Source: Chiloscyllium plagiosum
Lineage: Eukaryota
Length of the DNA: 33,813 nucleotides
Direction of reading: 5' to 3'
Assembly: GCF_004010195.1 (NCBI RefSeq)
Contig: NC_057753.1
Span: 1,477,420-1,511,232, forward strand
Positions 23,255 to 33,813 of this stretch are shown one piece after another (positions within the stretch are counted from its first letter, which is position 1; each line of letters opens with the position of its first letter). The notes under the pieces are model-generated. The model searched no databases. It was not told the origin of the DNA and saw nothing but the letters and a program-made list of their open reading frames with translations. The translations under genes were made by a program, and so were the position numbers.

Positions 23255-23718
23255 CCTTCCCAATCAGACATTGGGCCAATGCATCTTAATGGACCAAGTT
23301 GTCAATCCATTCTGAACAATGGGCAGCAAACCCCGCCCACTATTGCCCCAGAGCACGAGCGGCCGCACATGCGCCCTGCTGCCCAGCTCCCCCACCCCAC
23401 AGAGAAGGCTGACGTCACCACGCGGTATAAAATTAGGAGCTGGGACCCAGTTCCCTGCAAACGGCGAGACCGTTTCAGATTTGTAATTCACGGAAGACGC
23501 TGACGAAGTCTCTTTCCCCTCCCCCCCGTTCGCTTCCTCCGTCCCGTCTGAACCTCACCCTTTACGGAACCGACACAAACAGTCCTCCCTCCGCAGGACC
23601 CCATTCCGCGCATGCTCTATACGCTGCACGGCACTACGCCTGCGTCTCGCTCTGTTTTGTGACCAGGTTACATTCACCGCCGCACTGCATGCTGGGTTAA
23701 CAGCACGCCATTTAATAT
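23255..23718. promoter_or_regulatory. CpG-rich promoter region
   Basis: Most CpG-dense non-repeat segment of the window. CCAAT boxes 23260-23281, GC box near 23330, CRE TGACGTCA 23410-23417, TATAAAA 23426-23432, NRF1-like GCGCATGC 23608-23615, ZNF143-like CGCACTGCATGCTGGGTT 23681-23698. Confidence 0.7.
23559..23610 (-). other. Predicted first exon of ZNF gene (5' boundary uncertain)
   Basis: Donor AGG|GTGAGG at 23558, just downstream of NRF1-like and ZNF143-like motifs. Confidence 0.5.
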
Positions 23719-23809
23719 CCCTGAAGAAGGGCTTATGCCCGAAACGTCGATTCTCCTGTTCCTCGGATGCTGCCTGACCTGCTGCGCTTTTCCAGCAACA
23801 TATTTTCAG
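23719..23809 (+). mobile_element. Short hammerhead-bearing element, family A (intact core)
   Basis: CCCTGAAGAAGGGCTTATGCCCGAAACGTCGA. Perfect 13-bp TSD CGCCATTTAATAT (23706-23718 / 23810-23822). Confidence 0.9.
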
Positions 23810-24069
23810 CGCCATTTAATATGCCAATCTAGGTCTCGACTATTTTTTCAGTTTTAAGTTCTTCCAAATTATGGATTGAAGTTTAAGTTTTTAAATCTTC
23901 AATTTTAAATGTTCTAGACGCTAAATAAAAAAGTTCAGAAGCGGCGTTTATAGTGATAATCATTTGAGGCAGAGACTGATGCAATAATACACGCAGCATC
24001 TTATGTGTTAAGGATCATTGATGTAAGTCGTAGAGTTATACAGCGCGGATACTGCACATTTGAATAAAA

Positions 24070-25050
24070 AGTATGGATGTCAAATATAGGAGAAATGGTT
24101 AGTAGATTTGTAGATGACACCAGAAGTGGTTAGTGTGGTGCACTGTTCAGAAGGTCATCTCAGAGTAGAATGTGACCTCGACCAAGGAGTGTCAGATGGA
24201 ATTTAGTTTAGATAAATGGGAGATGTTGCATTTTGGTAAGGCAAATCAGGGCAGGATTTATATATTTAATGCCATGATCCTGGGGAGTGTTGCTGAACAA
24301 AGATGTTAGGTGCAGGTTTATGGTTCCTTGAAGGTAGACAGGTCACAGGTAGACAGCTAGTGAAGAAGGTTTAGTACAATTGCCTTTAATAGTCAGTGCA
24401 TAGAGAACAGGAGTTAGGCTGCCATGGTGTGGCTGTACAGGACATTGGCTGGGTCACTTTTGGAATACTGTATTCAGTTCTGGTCTCCCTCCACAGGAAG
24501 GTCTCCTTCCTGTCAGCATAATAGAGGGCCAAAGGACCTGTACTGCACTGCAATGTTCTATGAAGGGTATTGTTAAAATTGAAAGAGTGTAGAAAAGATT
24601 AAAAGGATATTACTGGGTTTGGAAGGTTTGAGCTAGAGGGAGAGGCTGAACAAGCTGGGGCTATTTTCTCTGAAGTGTCAGAGGTTGAGGGGTGATCTTG
24701 TAGAGGTTTGTAAAATCATGAGAGGAGAAGTGGATATGTGAATAGCCAATGTCTTTTTTCCAGGGTAGGAGTGCCCAAACTAGGGCATAGATGAGAGACA
24801 AACATTTACAAAGACCTAAGGGGCAACATTTTCATCTTGAGGGTTGTATGTGAATGGAATGAGCTGCCAGATGAAGTGGTACAGGCTGGCACAATTTGTT
24901 TAAAAGACATCTGCATGGGCTTATGAATAGGAATAGCATAGATGGATTTGGGTCAAATGCTGGGAAATGGGGCGAGATTAATTTTGAATATCTGGTCAGC
25001 ATGGAAGAATTTGACTGAAGGATCTGTCACCACGCTGTATCACTCTCTAA
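24070..25050 (+). mobile_element. CR1 ORF2 3' part
   Basis: RFVDDT, LEYCIQFWSP, GDLVEVCKIMR, WNELPDEVV and 3' tail. Confidence 0.88.
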
Positions 25051-25059
25051 ATTACAAAA

Positions 25060-25680
25060 AGCAGTGAACCCAGCACTGATCCTTACATCACACAGACGGA
25101 CACAGGCTTCCAGTCTGAAAAACAACCTTCAACATCACCCTCTGTAGCCTATCCCCAGGGCCATTTTGTATCCAAAGGCTTGCTCTCCCTGAATACCATG
25201 TGGTCTAACCTTGCTAGCCAGTCTACCAAGTGAAACCTTGTCAAATGCTTTGCTGATGCCCATACAGACAATACATTGCTCGGCATTCACCATTATTCTT
25301 TGTCACTTCAAAAATTTCAATCAAGTTAATGAGACACGATTTTCGATGCCCAAAGATATGTTGGCTATCCCTAAACATTCCTTACCTTTTCAAATGGGTG
25401 TACAGACCCAGTGCCTCAGAATTTGCTCCAGAAATGTTCTCTCCACTGACTTCAGGCTCATCGGTCTATTGTTACCTGGCTTTTCCTTACCACCTTTCTT
25501 GAAGCATGGCCATTGGCCAGTCCTCCAGCATCTCATCAGTGACTAATGTTGATACAAATATCTCAACAACAGGCCAAGCAACCACTTTCCTAGATTCTTG
25601 AAGAGTTCTAGAATGCACCTAACCAGGTCCAGAGGATTTATCCACCTATAAGCATTTCAAGATATCCAAACCTCCTCCAC
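25060..25680 (-). mobile_element. CR1 ORF2 RT fragment
   Basis: Minus strand GKEKPGNNRPMSLKSVE, SKAFDKV and GSVLGS motifs. Confidence 0.8.
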
Positions 25681-25759
25681 TTTGTTTTGGACACTTCTCA
25701 TTATAAAATTAGAAAACACCCATGCCATCTGTTGCATCTGTCCAGTTGTCCAAATTACC

Positions 25760-26330
25760 ATGTTATTTGATTTATTTCCCTGACTTTCTTTTCATAGCGT
25801 TGCACATTTTTCATGTTCAAATAAACATGCGATTCCCTTTTGGATTCCTCAAGTAAATCTGCCTGCACCAGATTCCTGGGTTGTGCTTTCTAGATCCCGA
25901 CCATGTGCTCTGTCTGAAAAAGTGTTTTTGACTTGTGTACGTTTAGCCTGTTTTACTAATTACTTTCATCTTGCCCTCTAATATCCAATCCATTCATGAG
26001 AAGAAACATTTTCCCCTTATTTATTCTATCCAAACTCCTAGGAGTTTGAATGTTGTACTCAGATCTCCTCTTGACTTCTCTCCTCCAGGAAAACAGCCCT
26101 AACTTCTCTAATCTATCTTCATGTTTCAAATTCTTCATCCATGGAACTATTATTTTAATCTTCTTCTCTCCAATGCTTTCAGTTTCTTCCTAAAATGTGG
26201 CACCACAAACATACGCAATATTCTACCTGAAGTCAGATTGGTGATTCTTTTCAGTTCAACATCATCTGCTTGCTGTCACACTCTTATAGCATTTATTAAT
26301 ACATCTTAGGACATTGCAAGCTTGATTGAA
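25760..26330 (-). mobile_element. Degraded CR1 3' fragment
   Basis: HEDRLEKLGLFSWRR. Confidence 0.7.
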
Positions 26331-27101
26331 AGCTTTCACACTTTCACTGATTAAATATAGTCACTCTGGTCCTGCACCTCCTTTACATTTAAATCCTATA
26401 ATCTGTATTTTCTTTGCATGCTCATTGAACGAAAACATATCAGCACACACCTCCCGTATGCACACCCACCGACTAATTTTTTTAAGTTCCTTTGAAATTC
26501 TATAGCATTCAAACCATATCTTACCAACAACCACTATTGTCTATCTCTATCAGTTTCAGAATTCAGTAAGATATCTTGTCATTTCCAGCATGGAATTTGA
26601 AAGCAGATTCGTAGAACTTCTGTCTACTTTTAGCTAAAGCCTGTTACGTACCTTCTTGCAGGGCATAGAGTCATAGAGATGCTCCTGAACAATATATTAT
26701 CCTAGTTCCACTTTCTTCAGCTTTAAAGTAATGATTGAAATACTCACTTCTACAATTTAAAATAAAATGCACACAGCTAGAGGGACTGGTATAGAATAAT
26801 ATGCAGTGTGCACATATGTGCAACTAGTATATTGGAGAATCAGGATGATTAGATCTCACCGTACGTTACACTGCCATCTGTAAGCTTATCACTTTGGAAT
26901 GCCTTATATTCCTTCTCTTTGATTTATAGGTAGGTTGGATTTGTGATCAGGCTATGTTACAACAAGCAGTCTGGTACCAGGAAGAGCAGAGGGAGCTTGG
27001 AACAAGGCCAGGCAGAAGCTGTAAGAGAATAAGACAGTCAATAAAATTTTATCAAGAATTGCAATGGGAAGAACACCAAAGTAGAAAGTTACGTTCAACT
27101 T

Positions 27102-27220
27102 AAGGGCCTGTGCCCGAAACGTCGAATCTCCTGTTCCCTGGATGCTGCCTGACCTGCTGTGCTGTTCCAGCAATAAAGTTTCAACTTTGATCTCCAGCAT
27201 CTGCAGACCTCACTTTCTCC
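27102..27220 (+). mobile_element. Family A element lacking the CUGANGA half-core
   Basis: AAGGGCCTGTGCCCGAAACGTCGAATCTCCTG... ending in the same CACTTTCTCC as 17080. Confidence 0.8.
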
Positions 27221-27239
27221 TTATAAATTCTGAACAAGT

Positions 27240-27335
27240 ACTGAAGAAGGGTCACTAGACCTGAAATGTTAACTGCTTTCTTTCCATCGATGCTGCCAGA
27301 CCTACTGAGCCTTTTTCACCAAATTCTGATTTTGT
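27240..27335 (+). mobile_element. Older hammerhead-bearing element, family C
   Basis: CTGAAGA-A-GGGTC-ACTA-GACCT-GAAATGTT, then GATGCTGCCAGACCT shared with family A. Confidence 0.65.
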
Positions 27336-27569
27336 ATGAGACCGTAAGATGCAGGAATAATAATTCATCCCATCAACTGTATTCTCCAATTTCTCCATGG
27401 CTGATCTGATGACACTCAACTCCACTTTCCTGTCTCATCCCCATAACTCTTGATTTGCTTAATTATTTTTAAAAAAAACTAGTTATCTCAGTGTTGAATG
27501 TACTTATCGACAGATCCCCCAACAGCCCTTTATAACACAGAAGTATCACTCCTGAGAGAAAAAAAAGAC

Positions 27570-29070
27570 AGCATGTAAACAAACTTGTCCATGCTGACCA
27601 AATTGTCCATCCACTCCAACCCCCTTTCCCTGCAGCTGGCCCATGTCCTTCTAATCCTTTCCTATCTGTGCTTTTGTGCAAATGCCTTTTAAAATGTTGT
27701 TAATGTACCCACCTCCACCATTTCCATTGGCAGCTCATTCCATATGCGTACCACCCTCTGTGTAAAAAAAGTTGACCTTCAGGTTTCCTTTTATCGTTTC
27801 TCCTCTAGCCTTAAACTGATGGCCTCTCGTCCTCTAGATTCCCCAACACTAAGAAAACCATTGAGTGCCTTTACCCTATCCTTGCCTCCCATGATTTTAT
27901 ACATTTCTATAAGATCCCCTCAGTCTCCTACACAGAATAAAAACGTCCTAGCTTGTCCAACCTCTCCCTATAACTGACTGTTGAGCCCAGGTAACATCCC
28001 TATAAAATTTCTTCTGCACTCTTTCCAGTTTAATAACATCCTTCCTATCGCAAGGTGACCAAAAGTGAACACAATACTCCAACTGCGGCCTCATCAACGT
28101 CCTGTACAATTGCAGCATAACTTCCCCAACTTCTGTATTCAATGCCCTGACTGATGAAGGCCAGTGTGCCAAAAGTCTTCTTCACTGCCCTGTCTACCTG
28201 TGTCTCCACTTTCAGAGAACTGTGCACCTGAACTCCAAGGTCCCTTTCTCCACTGCAATCGTTAAGGTCCTACATTTCACCATGCACTCCTACCTTGATT
28301 TGACTATCCAAAATGCCAGGTCTCACAGCGGGCAGCATGGTGGTACAATGGTTAGCGCTGCTGCCTCACAGCGCCAGAGACCCGGGTTCAATTCCCACTT
28401 CAGCCAACTGGCTGTGTGGAGTTTGCACATTTCCCGTGTCTGTGTGGGTTTGCTCTGGTTTCCTCCCACAGTCCAAAAATGTGCAAGTTAGGTGAATTGG
28501 TCATGCTAAATTGCCCATAGCGTTAGGTGCATTAGTCAGAGGGAAATGGGTCTGTGTGGGTTGGTCTTCGGAAGGTTGGTGTGGACTTGTTGGGCCGAAG
28601 GGCCTGTTTCCACACTAAGTAATCCAAATCATATCATCTAAGTAAACTCCATTTGCCATATTTTGGCCTACTTCCCCAACTGCAATTTTCAATAACCTTC
28701 CTCGCTGATCACGATACCACTTATTTTAGTGTGTTCGGTAAACTTACAAATCATTGATATAGATAACAAACAGCAATGGGGCAAATAGTAAACCCTGAGA
28801 CACTCCACTAGTCACAGGTCTCCTCTGCTTCTGACCATCAATCTAATTGTATATCTAGTTTGCCAGCTCCCCCGATTTCATGTGACCTAATCTTCCAGAG
28901 AAGCGTACCATTTGGCACCTTATCAACACCCTTACTAAAATCTACCATCTTGCCTTCATTAACCTTCCTTGCTATTTCAAAGAACTCTAATAAATTTGTG
29001 AGGAATGGTCTCCCATGCACAAAGCCATGTTAAGTACTCCTAATCAAACCCCATCTTTCTAAATGCATGA
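27570..29070 (-). mobile_element. CR1 ORF2 fragment interrupted by a SINE
   Basis: MLQLYRTLMRPQLEYCVHFWSP..KLERVQKKF and LTNLLEFFE..DFSKGVDKVP. Confidence 0.88.
28329..28635 (+). mobile_element. HE1-type V-SINE
   Basis: Full head, V-domain and tail. Confidence 0.9.
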
Positions 29071-30084
29071 AGAGCTTATCAGTTGCACTGATAGCTGAAA
29101 TCTCCTCCAACCGAAAGCACAGACAAGCCTTCATCATTCCACATTTAGATGCTCATGTTATTCAGGCCCTGATGCCTCTCTCAGATTTTGATTTAATGTT
29201 TGAATTGAGTTTCCTGTCTCTCAGTGCTTTGCATTCACTGCCCTAAACGTTTACAAAACCCATTGCTATCACCAGGGACAAACATTTCTCTTGGTTTAAG
29301 TTTGCTGACTATAAATCCTGCCACCTAACCATCTCAGAAAGGAAGATAATTTGCACTCTTCTCCACCTCACTCCACATTATGTGCATGTGCCCTATAAAG
29401 ATGGTGGCAATAACCCATGCCTGACCAAAAGAAAAAAAAATCATCTATTCTGGACTATTTGCTTCACGAGCGGTATCAGTAGATTCAGATTCAGAATCTG
29501 CAGTTACTCTGGGTCTTAATGAAGTTTCCCTGAGCTATTTGCAGACTTCCTGCCCATTCAGTTTCTCACTCAAACGTTTCAGCAAATGTGACAATAAAGC
29601 TAATTCTAATTTTAATTCTAATTCATCAGTAAGCTTACATGGTGAGGAAGGACAGCGACACAGCTGTGAGTATATAGTTCAGGGAATTTGGTGGCAATGT
29701 GGCATTCGATGCAGACGGGAAGAGGTACAATTTGCTTGCTTTTTTATGCTCATATCTTTGTAAGGTTTTCTGAACAACATAAATTGAAACCCAGGATCAG
29801 GGTTCCAGCAAAAGAAAATGGAGTGACATGAAAGCATAATTTCATTGTTTGTTGATAGCTACTAATTTGATTATATGGTACAGGTTACTTTCAGATTGAA
29901 GGTAAGTAGGGGAAATATTTGTGGAGGGGTACAACATTCCTGAAAACCAATGTAAGGACTAAATAATTAAAAGAGAGATGCAAGGCCAAGAAACATGTTG
30001 TACCTACATGGTATGGGAACTGGAACTCCATTCTGGTTCATAGTGACCAAGTCTTGGAAGCCAGTCAAAACTGCAAATACTATA

Positions 30085-30246
30085 AATCTGAAACAAACAC
30101 ACAAATAGCTGGAAAATCTCAGAAGATCTGGCAGCAGCTGTGGAGAGAGACCAGAGCTTATATTTCCGATCGAATGATCCTTACCCAGAACTGATAGTTC
30201 TGATTTCTCTCCACAGCTGCTGGCAGGCCTGCTTAGATTCTGTAGC
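30085..30246. mobile_element. Degenerate family C sequence with an inverted partial copy
   Basis: GGCAGCAGCTGTGGAGAGA (about 30129-30147) faces TCTCTCCACAGCTGCTGGC (about 30206-30224). Confidence 0.5.
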
Positions 30247-30254
30247 AAGTCTTG

Positions 30255-30440
30255 GTGCTCGAGAGTCGATGAGCCGGAGTCTGAGCTCCGAATACTGCGA
30301 CACACTAGAGGTAGAGTGTTACCTGCATGCTGAGTTTCAGGAGGTAGTCATACTGCCTAGATTAACTAACTCGATTCAGTCAGGGACAGGAGGGTGTGGG
30401 TATGAGCGAGGCATGAATATAGTGATGTTCATGTCAGTTG
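30255..30440 (+). mobile_element. Degraded CR1 ORF1 fragment
   Basis: RVDEPESELRILRH..YLHAEFQEVVI, parallels RVRELELELDELRI..YREVVTP at 33.5 kb. Confidence 0.6.
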
Positions 30441-30447
30441 TGGCCTC

Positions 30448-30870
30448 AGAATCATGGAGTTGTACAGCACAGAAACCGACCCTACTGTCCAACTCGTCCA
30501 TGCAATATCCTAAATTAGTCTAGTCCCACTTGCTAGTATATTGCCCATAACCATCTCAACACTTCGTTTTCATGTAAGATGCCTTTAAGTATTGTAATTG
30601 TACCAGTCTCCACCACTTCCTCTTGTAGGTCATTCGCCTCTTCCCATTTCCTGGGAAAAAGCCCTTGGCTATTTGCCCTATCCATGCCCTTCATACTTCA
30701 GGGGAAAAAAAAAACACCCCTTCCTATTCCACATCCCCCTGTAAACCAAATGCTCCATCCCTGGCAACATCCTTGTAAATCTTATCTGCACCCTTTCAAG
30801 TTGATCAACATATTGTCTATTGCACGGAGATTTGAAAGCAGTATTCCAAAAGTGGCCTTGTCGAACAGCT
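30448..30870 (-). mobile_element. CR1/HER1 3' fragment with deletions
   Basis: Reverse of tail and LKGCR*DLQG region. Confidence 0.8.
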
Positions 30871-32042
30871 GAGCAGAATCAAAGAGCTGAATGGCATATT
30901 CCAGACTCTTATTCAGATGTTCATGTGCATGGTCATATTGAAGCTTTCCACTCAGATGTAAGCATGAACAGTAGACCTATAAGTAAAAGGTTATACTTTG
31001 GACTGAATTCAGTGTGGCCTTTGAGTAACACTTGAGAAAAAAACTTTAGCATATGGCTGCTTATGAGGAGAATCAGCGCCACCAACAGAGCCAGAGATTA
31101 AGTGGGAAAAACAATTGACTTCAACTTATTTCAAAGGGAGAGAAATGAAAAATGAAGAACTGGAGAAACTGGAGATGAATGGGGAGGATGTGGTTTAGGA
31201 CACAGTCCCCAAATAAATCCTCCCTTGGCCGGTGTTTGTAGCTGGGATCACTGCAGGTTTGCAGCTGCCATCCTTGGGCTTCACAATGCATGCCCAATTG
31301 TCTCGGTTACTTATTTATTGCTTCTTGTCGTCATCATAATTCACAAAGAAACACTTACAAGCTTTTGGAAATCCTGGAATGATGCCTTGTTAATCAAGGC
31401 CAAAGTGGTTAATGTATATCAGCAAAACCTGTGGAATTCCTGAAATAGCCCTCCTCCAGTCCAAACATAACTGTTAATGACGACTACGTTATGTCATTCA
31501 ATCAGGTCAAACATTTCACGTCAATGTTGCGACTGTCACTTTTATTTCATTAACTCCATGATTTTCTCACCAGACTGTTATGGAACAATTTATTAAATCA
31601 TTTTCTCCATGTTCATTGTATCAATACTATTACCAACATTCTAAGACCTCAACCAAAAATAAAAAGGCCACAGAAAATCTTGGGAGGTGATTTTCTCTCA
31701 ATAAATCTGTGCAAGCTTTCCTGAATGAACAAACAATTGTCAGAATGCCTGTTAACTGTTTACCAAATTGCTATTTTTAAACCATTTCCTCCTGCTGAGG
31801 TTAAACTAACCAGCATCAGATGCTGCTGTTAATCTTTCTCTGATGGTGAGTGAAGATTTGATATTATTTGTCAGGAACTATGATGTACATTAGTGAAGTG
31901 ATTAAGTCACAACGACTGTACAATTTAAAGGACCTCTGATAAAGAACTTGATAATTAAATTTCACAAGATATAAGTGACCAATCACAAATGGAGATTTAT
32001 AAGTGAATTACTAATGCAGACCAGTCAGTTCTATTGGGTATT

Positions 32043-32305
32043 TCATAGAATCCCTACAGTGTGGAAACAGGCCAGTTGGCCCAACAAGTACACAACAACC
32101 CAAACTCATTCCCTTCCCCTACATGTCCCCTGCCTAATGCACCTAACCAACACATCCCTGCACACTATTGGCAATTCAGCATGGTCAATTCACCTAGTCT
32201 GCACATCTTTTGATGGTAGGAGGAAACGGGAGTATCTGGAGGAAACCCATGCAGAGAATGTACAAAGTCCACACACAATTGCCTGAGTTTGGATTTGAAC
32301 CAGGG
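32043..32305 (-). mobile_element. HE1-type V-SINE
   Basis: CATAGAATCCCTACAGTGTGGAAACAGGCC tail and V-domain on the reverse strand. Confidence 0.85.
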
Positions 32306-32329
32306 TTTATCATTGAAATTAGCATCAAT

Positions 32330-32880
32330 CAACATTCAAGGAAAAGAGTTTCAGTACTCCACTACTACTGATTTCTAGCATCTCTTGTGAAGGGCCTGGC
32401 ACTAATTCTCAGATTATATTCCCAGTTCCAGAATCTCCCATTAATGTAAATAGTTTACCTTTATTAACAGTGAAAAACAGGTTAAAATCTTAAATACCTT
32501 GATTGGATCACCCCATAACATTACAAATTGTAGGGAATAAATGCCTAAATTGTCTAACCTGTTCTCATACCTGCACTTCAGGGGTTAAGTTATTATTCTT
32601 GCAAACCTGCATGGAGCACCATCCAGGGCCAAAACATCCTCCCGAGAGTGTGGTGCCCAGACTGGTTTCCAGCATTCTAAGTAGGATCTAATCAAGATTT
32701 TGTATAACTGCTGCATAACATTTGCATCATCCCTTTCCTGCAGCCCATTGGATATGAAAGCCAGCATTCTATTAGCCTTCTTGACAATTTTCTGCACGTA
32801 TTGATGGCATTTTAAAGAGCCATGCACCAGAACCCCCAAATCACTTTGGACATCCATTGAATTTAATATTTTGCCTTCTA
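32330..32880 (-). mobile_element. Degraded CR1 3' fragment
   Basis: DLGVLVHGSLK..VKKANRMLAFI..LYKILIRSYLECW. Confidence 0.82.
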
Positions 32881-33412
32881 TAAAATATTCAGATCTGCGC
32901 AGAAATTAGGAATAAATGCTTTATAAAAAGAAAAGTAATCACTCTGAACACAGGTTCCCTGAAAGGGCGAGGTCATAGGAAATCTATCACATGACATTCA
33001 TTATATCTCAAGTGATGGACATTATGTGATGCTTTGAGATTAAATTAAATTAAATCTTCATTAAACAAAACAGTTCAGTATTAAGTTATCCAGTTAAGAC
33101 AGCATTCAGTACATTCTTACATTACATTTCCCTCCAGCTAGTAGCTTCTCCATTCTAGTGGCCCTGGGCTACAGATTTCACCACCATATGCACGTTCATT
33201 ACCGACGTTTTGCTGGTTCCCATTTCCAATTTGAGGGGTATGAGAATACTCTCTTCTCTGAGCAACCCCACTCCAGCTTTACAACCTTCCCACCTTTTGC
33301 AGCCCAAGTTCCCTCCTCTGTAACTCCTGTCTCGCATTGCATTCACCTTTCCAACGTTGTGGTTTGCGAACTTCCGGGCCTGCCGGCCTCTGTTTCACCT
33401 TGCAGCCCATAG

Positions 33413-33813
33413 GCAGTGCAATGTTCCTCCTGCAACATGTATGAGGTGAGGGATGCCATCGACGTCCCTGCCGATTACACTTGCAGGAAGTGCACCCATC
33501 TCCAGCTCCTCCAAGACCGTGTTAGGGAACTGGAGCTGGAGTTGGATGAACTTCGGATCATTCGGGAGGCAGAGGGGGTCATAGATCAGAGTTATAGGGA
33601 AGTAGTAACTCCAAAGATGGCAGATAGATGGGTGACAGTGAGGGGGACTGGGAGGAAGCAGCCAGTGCAGGGACCCCCTGCGGCCGTTCCCCTCAAGAAC
33701 AAGTATACCGTTTTGGATACTTGTGGGGGGGATGACTTACCAGGGGTAAGTAACGGGGCACAGGTCTCTGGCACGGAGCCTGTCCCCGTTACTCAGAAAG
33801 GAAGGGTGAAGAA
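33413..33813 (+). mobile_element. CR1 ORF1 N-terminus, uninterrupted to window end
   Basis: AVQCSSCNMYEVRDAIDVPADYTCRKCTHLQLLQDRVRELELELDELRIIREAEGVIDQSYREVVTPK..VPLKNKYTVL: CxxC/CxxC knuckle plus heptad leucines, no stop. Confidence 0.85.

Noticed and set aside
26931..27103. Acceptor-like site followed by a 57-codon plus-strand frame
   Set aside because: No homology or motif recognised, and compatible with chance
31359..31439. 81-bp minus-strand exon with good AG/GTAAGT sites
   Set aside because: Stops in all frames. Best frame IPQVLLIYINHFGL*QGII resembles decayed CR1 RT
33155..33412. Short ORFs and ETS motif CCGGAAGT as another first exon
   Set aside because: Single motif with no supporting promoter cluster or coding signal

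Overview
Repeat-dense vertebrate genomic DNA, almost certainly from a shark or other elasmobranch, inferred from HE1-type V-SINEs and CR1/HER1-type LINEs. Most short ORFs in the track are decayed LINE or SINE sequence. There is one credible host gene: a minus-strand C2H2 zinc-finger gene (CDS 20795-21541, 7 intact fingers) with two predicted non-coding upstream exons and a CpG-rich promoter near 23.3-23.7 kb. A fragmented plus-strand ZNF pseudogene lies at 10856-11020 and 13345-13714. The most striking unannotated signal is about ten short (85-180 bp) insertions from three related families. Most retain a recognisable minimal hammerhead-ribozyme core (CUGANGA-hairpin-GAAA, then a palindromic ACGU/AGCU); some cores are mutated or truncated. 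Several have clear 12-17 bp target-site duplications and a near-fixed 5' boundary 1-2 nt before the catalytic core. They are probably mobilised by Penelope-like elements, and a Penelope RT/GIY-YIG fragment is present at 234-725. One copy interrupts the ZNF pseudogene and one sits in the ZNF promoter. All calls were made by eye. Boundaries of decayed repeats are approximate.
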